64,000 bases of DNA from positions 70,682,001-70,746,000 of the forward strand of contig NC_086097.1 of the NCBI RefSeq assembly GCF_963921235.1, read 5' to 3'. The notes under the pieces were generated by a model. It was not told where the DNA came from and did no database searches. It was given only the letters and a program-made list of their open reading frames with translations. A program made the translations under genes and the position numbers. The stretch comes from Mobula hypostoma. Taxonomy: Eukaryota. Positions 1 to 12,919 of this stretch are shown piece by piece (the first letter of the stretch is position 1; every line of letters begins with the position of its first letter).

Positions 1-992
1 TCTGTTCTGGGACCCCTCCTCTTAGCGATTTTTATAAATAACCTGGATGAAGAAGTGGAAGTGTGGGTTAGTAAGTTTGCTGATGACACTGAGGTTGGGG
101 GTGTTGTGGATAGTCTAGAGGGTTGCCTGAGGTTACAGCAGGACATTGATAGGATGCAGAACTGAGCTGAGAGGTGACAGATGGACTTCAATCCAGATAA
201 ATGTGAAGTGGTTCATTTTGGTAGGTCAATTTGAAGTCAGAATATAATATTGATGGTAAGACTCTTGGCAGTGTAGAGGATCTGAGAGATCTTGGGGTTT
301 GTGTCCACAGACACCCAAAGCTGCTGCACGGGTTGACAGTGTTGTTAAGAAGTCGTAGGGTGTTTTGGCATTCATCAACCAAGGGATTGAGTTCAAGAGC
401 GTAAGGTAATGTTACAGTTATATAAGATCTTGGTGAGACCCACTTGGACTACTGTGTTCAGTTCTGGTCACCTCACTACAGGAAGGATATGGATACTATA
501 GAGAGAGTGCAGAGGAGATCTACAAGGATGTTGCCTGGATTGGAGGGCGTACCTTATGAGAACAGGTTGAGTGAACTTGGCCTTTTCTCCTTGGAACAAC
601 TGAAGATGAGAGGTGACCTGATAGAGGTGTATAAGATGATGAGAGGCATTGATCTTGTGAATAGCCAGATGCTTTTTCCCAGGGCTGAAATGGCCAGTAC
701 GAGTGGGCATAGTTTAATGGTGCTGGGAAATAGGTACTGAGGGATGTCAGGGGTAAGTTCGTCACACAGAGAGAGGTGAGTGCATGGAATTCACTGCTGT
801 CAGCAGTGGTGGAAGTGGATAAGATAGGGTATTTTAAGAATCTCTCAGATAGGTACACAGAGCTTAGAAAAATAGTGGGCTATGCACTAGGTAAATTCTA
901 GGCAGTTTCTAGAGTAGGTTACTTGGTCAGCACAACATTGTGGGCCGAAGGGCCTGTAATGTGCTGTAGATTTCTATGTTCTATGTTCTATG
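1..992 (+). mobile_element. CR1 LINE 3' part (RT C-terminus + 3'UTR), decayed, truncated by window start
   Basis: Start encodes SVLG-PLL/FADDT-like RT motifs; ORF 444-740 DYCVQFWSPHYRKDMDTIERVQRR...GLFSLE...RGDLIEVYKMM is the CR1 ORF2 C-terminus; ends in a (TTCTATG)3 tail at 972-992. Confidence 0.92.
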
Positions 993-1080
993 AGAGAGAC
1001 AGACAGACAGACAGTCTAACAGAGAGACAGAGACAGAGAGTGATAGAGAGAGAGAGAGAGTGATGGAGAGACAGAAAGAG
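993..1080. repeat. (GA)n/(GACA)n compound microsatellite
   Basis: Directly visible, abuts the CR1 tail. Confidence 0.9.
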
Positions 1081-1401
1081 ATGAAATGTTACAGAGGTTG
1101 TTGGAGAGGGTTTCAAAACACGAGGTCTAGATGACATTGCTGCCATTTGTGGGGCAAATGGATGAAGGAATGTACTAGGTGCTAAGCTTAGAGGGGCCAG
1201 AAATAAGGAAGGCATAAATAGATTTAAAGATGAGGATAATAATTTGCATTGTCTGCCAAGGAACTAGGACTCAATATTTCTCAGAAAGGATGAGAGCAAT
1301 GGATAAATGAACAAGTTCAGATTTATAGAGGGCAAGGTAAGGAAGTGAATTCAAATAGTTGGAGGTGAAAAAGCTATCAAGAGAGTATGAATTTAGACCT
1401 A

Positions 1402-2283
1402 CACTCAGTACAGGCATCCGTTAGTCTTGCGAGACCATAGATCTGCGCCTGGAAAGTCTTCACTCTCCAGGGTGCAGGCCTGGGCAAGGTTGTATGGAAG
1501 ACCGGCAGTTGCCCACACTGCAAGTCTCCCCTCTCCGCGACACCGATGTTATCTAAGGGAAGGGCAAGAGCCGATACAGCTTGGCACCGGTGTCGTTGCA
1601 GAGCACTGTGTGGTTAAGTACCTTGCTCAAGGACACAACACGTTGCTTCGGCTGGGTCTCGAACTCACAACTTTCAGATCACTAGTCGAATGCCTTAACC
1701 ACTTGGCCAAGTGCCCACTGGGAGACCTACACTCAATTGCCACAGGAAGTACCTAATAAATTGGCTATTGAGAGTATGTTCATGGTCTTCTCCTGCTGTA
1801 GCCTATCCACTTCAAGATTCGACATGTGCATTCAAAGATGCTCTTCTGCACACCACTGTTATAATGTGTGGTCATTTGAGTTACTGATGCCTTCCTGTCA
1901 GCTTGAACCAGTCTGGCCATTCTCCTCTGACCTCTTTCATTAACAGGGAGTTTCACCCACAGAACTGTCACGCTCTGGATGTTTTATTTTTGTTTCTCCT
2001 ACCATCCTCTGTAAACTCTAGAGGCTGTTGTGTGTGAAAATTCCAGGAGGTCAGCAGTTCTGAGATACTTACTCACAATACCCTGTCTGGCACCAACAAT
2101 CATCTCACGGTCAAAGTCACTCAGATCACATTTCTTCCCTATTCTGATGTTTGGTCTGGAGAACAACAACACTGGCCATATCTGAATGCTTTTATGCGTT
2201 GAGTTGCTGCCACATGATTGGCTGATTAGATATTTCCATTAACGAGCGGGTGTACAGTGTACCTAAAAGGCGGCCAAAGAGTG
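1402..2283 (-). mobile_element. Tc1/mariner deletion derivative, left TIR interrupted by a SINE
   Basis: TA-flanked ends TA|CACTCA... and ...GGCCAAAGAGTG|TA; minus-strand peptide VNERGQRRMARLVQADRKASVTQMTTHYNSGVQKSI is Tc1 transposase N-terminal region; same family as 43888-44927. Confidence 0.85.
1408..1722 (-). mobile_element. tRNA-derived SINE (315 bp) with 13-bp TSD
   Basis: AGACCTACACTCA duplicated at 1395-1407 and 1723-1735; minus-strand head has A box TGGCCAAGTGG and B box GTTCGAGAC, then GTGTCCTTGAGCAAGGTACTTAACC central domain; CpGs retained. Confidence 0.85.
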
Positions 2284-3924
2284 TAAATGATGTCTATTAT
2301 ATATCGTGGAGTGCAGTGGATGAAGGAAAGTGCTTGGCCCACATAAGGCTAATTCAGTAATGACTGATATCTTAGTCCTCAGGTTCTAATAAATTTCCAA
2401 GCTGTACGTCAAGCTCCAAACCAGCCATGAACTCACAATGCAGTGGCTGAGGAAATTCTGGGCAATCACTCAAAAAAAGTTTACCTAGTTCAACAACCAT
2501 CAGAGGAGCTTATAGCTCCATGTGAGAAATAAATGTCACAGAAGCACTCCCATAGATGGAAAAGACACCAAGCTCAAGTCTATTAATAATTAAACACACA
2601 GATAAAGCAGAGCTCTGTAGCATAGGTGAATATATACAAGGCCCACTATAACATATTGGACTACTTATATATAATTATATGCTATATAAACTCTTGAATT
2701 GCCAAATTATAGAAGGCCACTGACCAAGTGCTAGCAATTGGAATTAGTGTAGGTGGGTAATTGATAGTTGGCATGGGCGTGGTAGACCAATGGATTTGTT
2801 TCTGTATTGAAAACAAAATCGAAGTTAATAGTGAATTTCAATCTGAACAATGGTTCACTTTTCTTTTGCTTAGACATTCCAGAAGATTCATCATGTATCA
2901 GGAAAAAATGGCAGCCATTTGTAGTTGTATGTGTTGAAGAAATTAATGGCAAAAACTAATGTCAAGTGGGTCATTATTCAACATAAAGTTCCAAATGGTT
3001 TAGCCAGGTTTCCTTTACTCAAAAACAATGAAAGATTTCACTTTATTGCCAAATACATAACTCATTCTATAAAAGCTTTGAGGCCACTGCTGTATGTTGG
3101 TGTCTGAATTGAAATTCTTGTTTTACAATGATGTATTTTATTATTAGAAGAATTGATTTCAAAATTATGACATAAATATCACAATGAGCTTTTTAAAAAC
3201 CTATGTTCGTAATTTAAATGAGAGTTAAAAATATTTGTAAAATAAAAGCAACTTGATCTGCTGCCTACTTCATGCATCAAATTTGGACCCATGAACAAAG
3301 TGTCCAGGGAATGCAGGAGAAGTTGTATCTGAGAGAAAAAGTAATTTGAAAGGACACAGCTGTGAAGTACAACCCTGTCACAAACTTTGCTGCTTTGGCT
3401 TAAAGATCAAATTAAGTTCTATAGAACTTTTACAAAGATTAGTATTCCATGCTGTCCAATAAAAATTGTCCTTTTAAATTGCTGCCCTATTTTTTTCTTG
3501 CATGGAAACTTCTATGCAGAGCTCTTCTCTGCATCTCGGTAAGGAGTGTGACAATTTTTGAGACATCCCAGGTAGTACCTTGCAATCAACTTGTTTAGCA
3601 TTCCTAAAAATTCATGAAGTTTCAAATTCCCCGACTCAAGGGAAGGCATGTCATCAAATCAGTCACAATAGATCTGTGTAAGAACTTAAAAATGAATTTA
3701 TTTTCTGAAGCAGGTGACAGGAAAGTGCAGAGAAAGTGAACAGAGAGAGAGAGAGAGAGGTCCATTGAAGAGGGAGGAAGTGGCACTGTGGATGGGAAAA
3801 TAACTATTTATGTACTTTTGAGGAAGCTATCTCTACATTATTTATTGATAGCAATTGGCCAGATGTCTTTGGAAAATAGGTAACATGTTAACGTGCCAAT
3901 GAATATGCTTTATTCATTATCGGG

Positions 3925-4250
3925 AAGCAGGCATCATTCGCAAGGCCAGCATTTATAGTCCATCTCTTATTAAGAAAGGTGGTTAAGAGTCAATTACTTT
4001 GGTGTGTCTGGAGTCACATACAGGACAGACGGATAAAGTTGGCAGATTTCCTTCCCTAAAGAGCACAATGAACCATATGGGTTTCATGAAAATCTGCTAA
4101 TTTCATGTTTTTTTGGTTATTGATTTATTCCAGTCTCATTTAATTACTTGAATTTAAATTCCCCAACTGCAATAGTGGGATTTGAACTTGTGTCTTTGAT
4201 CAGCTGTGTGAGACTCTGAATCCATTGCTTTATATCCATTGCTACTATGC
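3925..4250 (-). mobile_element. Old SINE/retroposon of a type common in chondrichthyans
   Basis: GCAGATTTCCTTCCCTAAAG...GTGGGATTTGAAC (reverse B-box-like) recalled from shark repeats; degenerate. Confidence 0.4.
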
Positions 4251-4606
4251 TTTATAAAATATGTATAGAGCAGCACATAGGTCAGACCACATCTGACAGT
4301 GGTCCCAAAGACAGATTGAATAGCACCATGATAATCTCTGTAACTTCAATTCAAGCCTCGCTGGTAGTATTCCAATGCAACATAATTTGTTATTATTGGA
4401 GCAATCGCTAACTTGTTTATTTCAAAATTGATGTTTTGAAAATTGATGCACTTACTTTTTCTCAAATGTAACATACAATATTTTCCAATTCCTCTGGAAA
4501 TGCATATTAAACAGTTAGTGATGGTGCTATTAATTTTCAAACCCCAGAATGGAAGAAACATGGAAGGAAAATATATTGCTTGCTGACATATAAGTTAATT
4601 ATCTCA

Positions 4607-5279
4607 CATGGAAGTGCTAAAAAAAAATGGCTTCGGGCTGGGTGATGAAATCTGGGCCCAGAGCAAGTTGCTGAGTGGCGTGGTCTAGGCCCCGAGCCCT
4701 TTGCAGTGGCTGGGTCCTGGTGCAAGATATGATCCATTGTTTAGACAATTTGAAAGTTGGCCCAGATCAGAGGCGAGAGCTGATTTTGATTGCTCTCTGC
4801 AAGGTTCACTCCTCTCTCCAGGGTGCCAGAACCTTCAGCTGTTCTGTTGTTTGGTGAATATAAACGCTGGCTCAGATAGACTCTCAGGACCCGAGATGAG
4901 AGCCAATTTCACTTGCTCTCCGCAATGGTCACTCCTCTCTTCATGGCACTGAGGCTATGAAGACTACCCTGGCTGCTCCGTTCTGCTGAGATGATAAACT
5001 GATAAGCGAGGATTTGGGCCTACCCTGAGCTGCTCCAGGGTTTGGATCTGAGGACTCAATTTGGTTCAGAATGGTGTTGTTTGCTTCAGTTGTTTACATG
5101 ATTTGTGTTTGTTCTTTCTCTTGCGCATTGGGTGTTGGTCTTCTATTTTTTTCTTTAAATGGGTTCTTTTGGGTTTCTTGCTTTGTGGCTGCCTGTAAGC
5201 AAACAAATCTCAAAGTTGCATAATTTATACATTCTTTCACAATAAATTACTTCAAATTTTTGAATCTTGAAACTTTGAA
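4607..5279 (+). mobile_element. Non-coding retroposon 3' region with (TTTGAA)n-type tail; related inverted copy at 52440-52830
   Basis: Ends CAATAAA...TTTGAATCTTGAAACTTTGAA; possible ATCTCA TSD; 3' part matches the reverse complement of 52440-52620. Confidence 0.4.
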
Positions 5280-5754
5280 TCTCATTAAATTTAACAATAA
5301 TATGACTAAGAATTTGTCCAAAGAACTCTCCTTCTTTATAAATGCATATGTATTCTTAACAATAGACTTCAAGGTTTGGTTAATTTAGATTATGTGATCA
5401 AGATTCCATTGGGGATAATTGCAAGATAAGAAGTGTTTAATGTACTGCACGGAATGCAACACATTTTTTTTATCAAATAGAAAAAAAATGAAAACAGCAA
5501 ATATCTAACATGCATAGGTTCCTCTGAGTGCTCTCACAATATGAACAGTAACCTTCTGAGAAAAATGAGAGATTCTGTAGTTACACACAAGATTGTATTT
5601 TTACTTTATTTCTAAGAAAGACCTGTTCTCTTCCTGGAGTCAAGAAATTGCCAGTCAAAATTTACTGCTGCTTCTTCTATATATTCATTGCTATCTACTT
5701 ATGATACACAACTATCTTCTACCTGTTAATTTGCTAAAAATTCAGTATTAGTCT

Positions 5755-5950
5755 CAAAGTTTAAAGTAAAATTTATTGTCAGAGTCACTATATATAACCA
5801 TGACATCCTTTTTCTGTGGGCATACTTAGCTAATCTATAGAATAGTATCTGTAAACAGGATCAATGGATGACAAACAGTGCAAGTGCAGGTATAAGTAAA
5901 TATCAATAAATAACAAGCATGAAATAATAAGAGTCCTTAAACAAGTGTAG
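5755..5950 (-). mobile_element. Rex1/Babar LINE 3'UTR fragment
   Basis: Closely matches 38260-38460, which is attached to Rex1 coding sequence. Confidence 0.6.
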
Positions 5951-8244
5951 CTAAACATGTTAAAAAGATTAAAATTACTGTCACATTTTCATTATGACAA
6001 GAGTGAATATAGAAGTTCAGATGACTAAGAAGATGTGGAGAAGTTGTGGTGGTCATTCACTTATAATTTGGAAATTTTTAAAATGCCATGATTTGCTGAT
6101 CTCTGCATATTCCTGGAGAACTAGAGCAACTTTAGAGTTAGTCTTGTCAGAAGTGAGTAAAGAGTCCTCTTGCCAGGAGTCTTCTGAACTAGTTCAATTG
6201 ATACAGTGAAACTGCCATATTTAGCTGTCAAATGGCATTGATCTTGCATGAAAAACACAGGAACTTTAATATGAAGTTCATCCTGCCACAGGCCTGGTCC
6301 ATGTTAATACATCAAATAAACATATGATGCTGTACATACCTCACCTTTGAGGACCAGGCTGGCTTTGAAGTACTTTGACAAAAACTTAAGTTCTTCCTTA
6401 CCAGTTGATCAATGAGGAGCCACGTGCCCACAGTTCTGGCCCATTACTTCTGCCACAACTATGTGGCCTGATAATTAATTCCAAGAAGATTTGAAGAAAG
6501 ATGTGCTTTCTGACTCAGATATTACATTCATTTCAGAAGTCCACAAAGGGTGCAGAGAGACTGTGGTTTCTCTCTTTAGATGTTAATAAATTGTTCTTTT
6601 TCCCTCTTGTCAATTTGAATATGCCAACCTTGCCACCCACATCCCTGTCAGAAGGCAATAATTTTAAGGGCACATAGCTGTTTTATCACTCAGAGGAGAC
6701 CTGCTCGTTGTAATACAAATTATATGTGTTTTTTTACCTAAGTAACATTTTAGATATACATATAATTTTGGATACTATTTATGAATAACTTCAGGAACAA
6801 CATGTAATAAGTGTTGCATAGTTGTAAGGAAAATGTTTGACTGGGTTTGATAAAGTTCTATATTGCTAGGAATTTTTCATAATTTCCTGGATGATTGCAA
6901 ACTAATTGATATAGAGATTGTTAGCTGTCATTAGTTTTCAACTCCATTATCATTTTACTGGAGTGGAATTAAACTATGGGATTAATGAGACCCAGTCCCG
7001 AGCCAAGGACACCACGACCTCAAAATTGGATGCAGCATGCATTTTTCATGGATGAGAATATCCTTAATATTTTTTGTCTTCTCCGCCTACTTGGTGGTAA
7101 CCTCTTTCCCTGACAAAGTTCTGATACAATTTCCATTATGAAAGTCAGGTGTCAGGCATACAAACTACATGACCTACACATTGTAGTCAACTGATTTAAA
7201 TTAGGGCCTTAATACTGGGGGTGTTGATCTGCCAGAGGACTTTGACATTGGTTTGTTTATCCTGCCACTAGATTTGGTGAATTCTCTCTAGTTCTTGGAG
7301 GTACCTTCTCCAAGTAGTCCAGGTCCCAGAACACATAGTAGTGCAGGAATCACTACTGCTTAGTAAACCATATATTATAGATGTTGGCCTTTGCTGAAAT
7401 GTGACTGGTGAAATATGAGAGGTGCTTTATGCTTTTCAGGGTTGCACCTTGAACCATATATCGTAGGACAATATATTATCACAGTACAGTGGAATAGTTT
7501 CGTAGAGGACCTTTGAGAATATTACATGTAAGGCCCATTTCTCGCACTTCAATTAACAAGTTCACAATGCCTAGGAGCTCAGCCGCTAAGTATGTACGTA
7601 TGCATGCATCTTCTCTCTCCCTCTCCCTCCTCTCTTTCTCTTCATCTCTCCTATCCTACCTTTCCTTCCCAAGCGGCACATTCTGACAAATTCCTGGAAA
7701 TCATTGATCTACGACTACTCAGACGGGAGAAAGTGTATCTGAGACAGCACTAAGGAACTTGTCCCTGTGGCAGGAGCACATGGGATCTTACAGAGTACTC
7801 ACAGATCTTACAGAACAGACCACCAGGTTCCTTCTGCCTCACTCTGTCAGACTCTACAGTTCACTCATTATCTTCATCAACTCAGGGCCACAGAGCTGCA
7901 GCAAAAACAAACTGCCCTTAAACTTCAGGAAATGGCAAGGCTGGAGCAGAATACTGTACTTTGTGATCACAAGAAAGGCAGATATAATATAATGGGTTGT
8001 TTATTTTTTTCTGTCTAGGCATTGCCTTGTGCCCAAGAAAGGAATGCAGTAGTGTGCCAACAGGGAATTCCACTGAACCTGATCCTGGTGGATAAGTCAA
8101 TTAGTTCCACGCTTCAGGGTTAGGAATGTTTGTACAGTTTGTACACCTGTTGAGCCACACATGTCTCAAGGAATGGCAGAGTAACTCCATAGTTTACTTC
8201 CAGTCCAGACAGGACTGATGGATTTATGGCCAAGTATTCAAATG

Positions 8245-8720
8245 GTACCAAGAAAGATGGAGGGGCAGCTAGCGTTGAAGAAGTAGGAGACTGCAGAAGA
8301 TTAGGGGAGTGGGCAAAGAAGTGGCAGATAGATTATAGTGTAGGGAAGTGAATAGTCATGCACTGGTAGAAGAAATAAAGACATAGACTATTTTCTAAAC
8401 AGAGAAAATTCAGAAATCAGAAGTGCAAGGGGACTTGGGAGTTGTCCGGCAAGATTCCCTAAACATTAACTTGCAGGTTGAGTCAGTGGTGAGGAAGGAA
8501 AATGTAATGTTAGCATTCATTTCAAAAGGACGAGAATATAAAGTAAAAGGATATAAAGCTGAGGCCTTGTAAGGCATTGGTCAGACCACACTTGGATCAT
8601 TGTGAGCAGTTATCTAAGAGCAATGTGCTGGCATTGGAGAGGGTTCTGAGGAGGTTCAGGAGAATGTTCCCGGGAATGAAGGAATTAAAGTATGAGGAGC
8701 TTTGATGGCTATGGGCCTTT
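8245..8720 (+). mobile_element. CR1 LINE fragment (host of nested insertions; resumes at 11102)
   Basis: Degenerate WAKKWQ / VQGDLGV / LVRPHL...EQL CR1 ORF2 motifs; the GGGCCT..TACTCGCTGGAG sequence is split by the minus-strand CR1. Confidence 0.75.
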
Positions 8721-8723
8721 ATG

Positions 8724-11095
8724 CCATAGAACCATAGACCACTACAGCACAGAAAACAGGCCAATCGGCCCTTCTAGTCTGTGCCGAAACTTTATTCCGC
8801 TAGTCTCATTGACCTGCACCCAGTCCATAACCCTCCAGACCTCTCCCATCCATGTATCTATCCAATTTATTCTTAAGAGTGAGCAGTTCCACACTCCCAC
8901 CACTCTCTGAGTGAAGAAGTTCCCCCTAATGTTCTTCCTAAACCTTTCCTCTTTCACCCTAAAGCCATGTCCCATCATATTTATCTCTCCTAATCTAAGT
9001 GGAAAGAGTCTACTCACATTTAATCTGTCTCTACCCCTTATAATTTTGTAAATCTCTAACAAATCCCCCCTTATTCTTCTACGCTTCAAGGAATAAAGTC
9101 CTAACCTGTTCAATCATTCCCTGTAACTCAACTCCTGAAGACCCAGCAACATCCTAGTAAATCTGCTCTGCACTCTTTCAATCTTACTGATATCTTCCGT
9201 CCACGGACTCACTTTACACCGCACGCTGTCAGAGCAGTGCTGCCAGGATAATGAAGAACACGACCCACCAGCCAACAGACTTTTCATCCCTCTTCCCTCC
9301 AGGAGAAGATTCAGGAGCTTGAAGACTCATACGGCCAGATTTGGGAACAGCTTCTTTCCAACTGTGATAAGACTGCTGAATAGATCCTGGCTCAGATCTG
9401 GGGCATACCCTCCAAATATCCAGACCTGCCTCTCGGTTTTTTTGCACTACCTTACTTCCCATTTTTCTATTTTCTATTTATGACTTATAATTTAAATTTT
9501 TAATATTTACTAATTTTAACTATTTTTAATATCTTTAATATTTAATATTAGTAATCCAGGGAGTGTGAAGCGCAGAATCAAATATCGCTGTGATGATTGT
9601 ATGTTCTAGTACCAATTGTTTGGTGACAATAAAGTATTTATTATTATTATTCTTCCTATAGTTAGGTGACCAGAACTGCACACAATACTCCAAATTTGGC
9701 CTCACCAATGTCTTATACAACCTCACCGTAACATCCCAACTCCTATACTCAATACTTTGATTTATGAATGCCAGGATGCCAAAAGACTTCTTTACAACCC
9801 TGTCGACTTGTGACACCACTTTCAGGGAATTATGTATCTGAACTCCCAGATCCCTTTGTTCCTCCGCACTCCTCAGTGCCCTACCATTTACTGTGTAAGT
9901 CCTACCTTAATTTGTCCTTCCAAAATGCAACACCTTACACTTGTCTGCGTTAAATTCCATCTGCCATTTTCTGGCCCATTTTTCCAGTTGGTCCAGATTC
10001 CTCTGCAAGCTTTGAAAGCCTTCCTCGTGGTCCACAATGTCTCCAATCTTAGTGTCATCAGCAAACTTGCTGATCCAATTTACCATATTATCATCTAGAT
10101 CATTGATATAGACAACAAACAACAATGGTCCCAGCACAGATCCCTGAGGCACACTACTAGTCACAGGCCTCCAGTCTGAGAAGCAATCATCTACTACCAC
10201 TCTCTGTCTTCTCCCACACAGCCAATTTCGAATCTAATTTACAACCTCTCCATGGATACCTAGTGTCTGAACCTTCTGAACCTCCCATGTTAGTTGCCAA
10301 AGGCCTTACTAAAGTCCATGTAGACAACATGCACAGCCTTTCCATCATCTACTTTCTTGGTAACGTCCTCGAAAAACTCTACAAGGTTTGTTAAACACGA
10401 TCCACCATGCACAAAGCCATGCTGACTATCCTTAATCAGCCCTTGGCTGTCCAAATACTTGTATACCCGATCTCTCAGAACACCTTCCAATAATTTACCT
10501 ACTACTGATGTCAGGCTTACCGGCCTGTAATTACTTGGTTTACTTTTGGAGCCTTTTTTAAACAATGGAACAACATGAGTTACCCTCCAATCCTCCGGCA
10601 CCGCACCCGTGGCTAAGGACATTTTAAGTATTTCTGCCAGGGCCCCTGCAATTTCTACACTAGTCTCTCTCAAGGTCCGAGGAAATATCATGTCAGGCCC
10701 GGGGGATTTATCTGCCTTTATTCGCTGTAAGGCAGCAAGCACCTCCTCTTCTTTAATCTCTATATGTTCCATGACACTACTGCTTGTTTCCCTTCTTTCT
10801 ATATATGCTATGCCAGTTTCCTAAATACTGATGCAAAAAAACTGTTTAAGATCTCCCCCATCTCGTGAGGCTCCACACATAGATGACCACTCTGATCTTC
10901 TAGGGGACCTGTTTTGTCCCTTACTATCCTTTTACTCTTAATAAACATGTAGAAACCCTTCAGGTTTACCTTCACGTTATCTGCCAAAGCAATCTCATGT
11001 CTTCTTTTTGCCTTCCTAATTTCCTTCTTTAGCATTTTCTTACATTTTCTATACTCTTCAAATACCTCATTTGTTCTTTGTTGCCTATACCTGCT
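8724..11095 (-). mobile_element. CR1 LINE, 5'-truncated, RT region with frameshifts/deletions
   Basis: ORFs 10290-10772 (KSPGPD...VPEDWR...NYRPVSLTSVVGKLLE...SQHGF), 9907-10200 (VPQGSVLGPLLF...FADDTK), 9535-9819 and 8742-9113; CCATAGAACCATAGA tail at the left end. Confidence 0.93.
9199..9650 (+). mobile_element. Rex1/Babar LINE 3' end inserted in CR1
   Basis: LPPGRRFRSL...FGNSFFPTVIRLLN-type C-terminus; AATAAA + (TTA)n tail; TCTTCC duplicated at 9193-9198 and 9651-9656. Confidence 0.8.
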
Positions 11096-11101
11096 TTTGT
11101 T

Positions 11102-12385
11102 TCTATACTCGCTGGAGTTTAGAAAAATTAGGGCATAATCTCATTGAAACCTATCCAATATTTAAAGGCTTAAATAAGAGTGGACATGGAGACAATGTTT
11201 CCTATAGAGTGGGGGTCTAGGACCAGAGGACAGAGCCTCAGAATAGAGGAGCATCGCTTTAGAAAAGAGATGAGGGGGAATTTCTTTAGCCAGATGGTAG
11301 TGAATCTGTGTAATTTATTGCCACAGATGGGCGGGGAGGCCAAGTCTTTGGGTTGTTACATACCTCGTGGGTATCTTGTGACTGTCTTATGGCCATGATG
11401 TGATTGAGTATCTTGTGAGCAAGATATAATGGTCTTGTGATGGTGGGGTGATGTAATTTTCCCACCAGTGTGAGGTCACATGAAGACATATTCCCAACAG
11501 GTATATAATGGGAAACCCCTGTTGTTACTCAGCTTTAGTTCGTCAGTTATTCCGTTATGCTGCGTATTCGTCCCATGATGCAGTTTCGTTTTAAAGTGGA
11601 GTTTTACTTTCTATTGTAAGGTAAAATTGTTGTGCCGGCAGTTTTGCCAATTGCTGCCAGTTTTTGTTTGGTGTACCTTTGATTTACCTTTACAGTCTAG
11701 TATTGGAGAGCGAAGACCTTACCAAAGTACAGGAACCTGAAAGATTGAGTAAAGTTGGTGTCGTTCAGCGATTTTTTAAAGGATCGACATTATTGAATCT
11801 TTGTTCAGGAATAGTGGCCTGCATCTGAGATAACCCCTGCAAGATCAGGAAGGTTTGTGCAGTGTTCATTCGCCAGGAAAAGGTCAGTTGCTTTAAGCCG
11901 TTTTATTTCCTTCGTCGTGAATCCTTTGGACAGAATCAGCAGTAACGTCACGTCTTCGAAGAAATCTGTTTCCAGAGAAGTCTTTCCTTACTGACTGTAT
12001 AAATCACTTGGACTTTTGAATTTACCACTTTAAGACTGTGTTCGAATATACCACTTTAAAAACTGTTCCAGAGTTGCCGTATAGCAGTTAACTTCCGGTT
12101 TAAGTTAGTCGTTTGAATAATTTTCGCTATTGTTGAGCAGAGTTTAATAAATGTTTATGTTTGTTTATAAAAGCTGACTCAATTCTATATTCATTGTTGC
12201 TGATGACATAACAGGGTACATCTAAAGTGGACTTTGATAGGTTCTTGATTAATAAGGGCATCAAAGGTGACGGGATGGAGGCAGAATAGGGTTGAGTGGG
12301 ATAATAATTAGCCTTGATGGAGTGGCGGAGCAGACTTGATGGGCTGAGTGGTCAGATTATGCTCCTGTGTTTTATGGTCTTATGA
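11102..12385 (+). mobile_element. CR1 3' end (continuation of 8245-8720), split by solo LTR 11354-12213
   Basis: ORF 11180 SRTRGQSLRI...EMRGNFFSQMVVNLCNLLPQ; 3'UTR resumes after the LTR at 12214. Confidence 0.8.
11354..12213 (+). mobile_element. Solo LTR (860 bp)
   Basis: TGTTA...TAACA termini; 4-bp TSD GGGT (11350-11353, 12214-12217); TATATAA near 11502 and AATAAA near 12146. Confidence 0.88.
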
Positions 12386-12534
12386 TAATTCTCAAACACA
12401 GTTTAACTACTATTGATTACTTGCCATTATTTTCTTGCTATTTTCTTTATCCTCGCTTAATCCAACCCCGTTCAGTCTTCCATTAGAATTTCAACATATT
12501 TCATTCTCTTCTGCTTTTTTATCCTTTTCCTTAG

Positions 12535-12910
12535 CAACACAGAAAACCTACAGCACAATACGGGCCCTTCGGCCCAGAAAGCTGTGCCAAACATGTCCTT
12601 TCCTGCGAAATGACCTAGGGTTACCCATAGCCCTCTATTTTTCTGAACTCCATTTACCTGTCCAGGAGTCTCTTAAAAGACCCTATCGTATCCACCTTCA
12701 CCACCGTCGCTGGCAGCCCATCCCACACACTCACCACTCTCTGTATAAAAAACTTACCCCTGACATCTCCTCTGTACCTACTACCAAGCACCTTCAAACT
12801 GTGCTCTCTCGTACTAGCCATTTCATAGACATAGACATAGACATAGAAAAGCCCTGGGAAAAAGCCTCTGACTATCCACATGATCAAAGCTTCTCATCAT
12901 CTTATACACA
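12535..12910 (-). mobile_element. CR1 3' end, same family as 1-992 and 44137-44627, with internal (CATAGA)n expansion
   Basis: ORF 12654-12887 LKVLGSRYRGDVRGKFFIQRVVSVWDGLP. Confidence 0.85.
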
Positions 12911-12919
12911 GTAGTTCAA

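Noticed and set aside
1640..1722. tRNA gene
   Set aside because: A and B boxes belong to a SINE head with body, tail and TSD; the same applies to 57785-57850 and 47719-47780
6200..7990. Possible very old L1/Tx1 or Rex1 remnants
   Set aside because: Too degenerate to assign motifs or boundaries by eye
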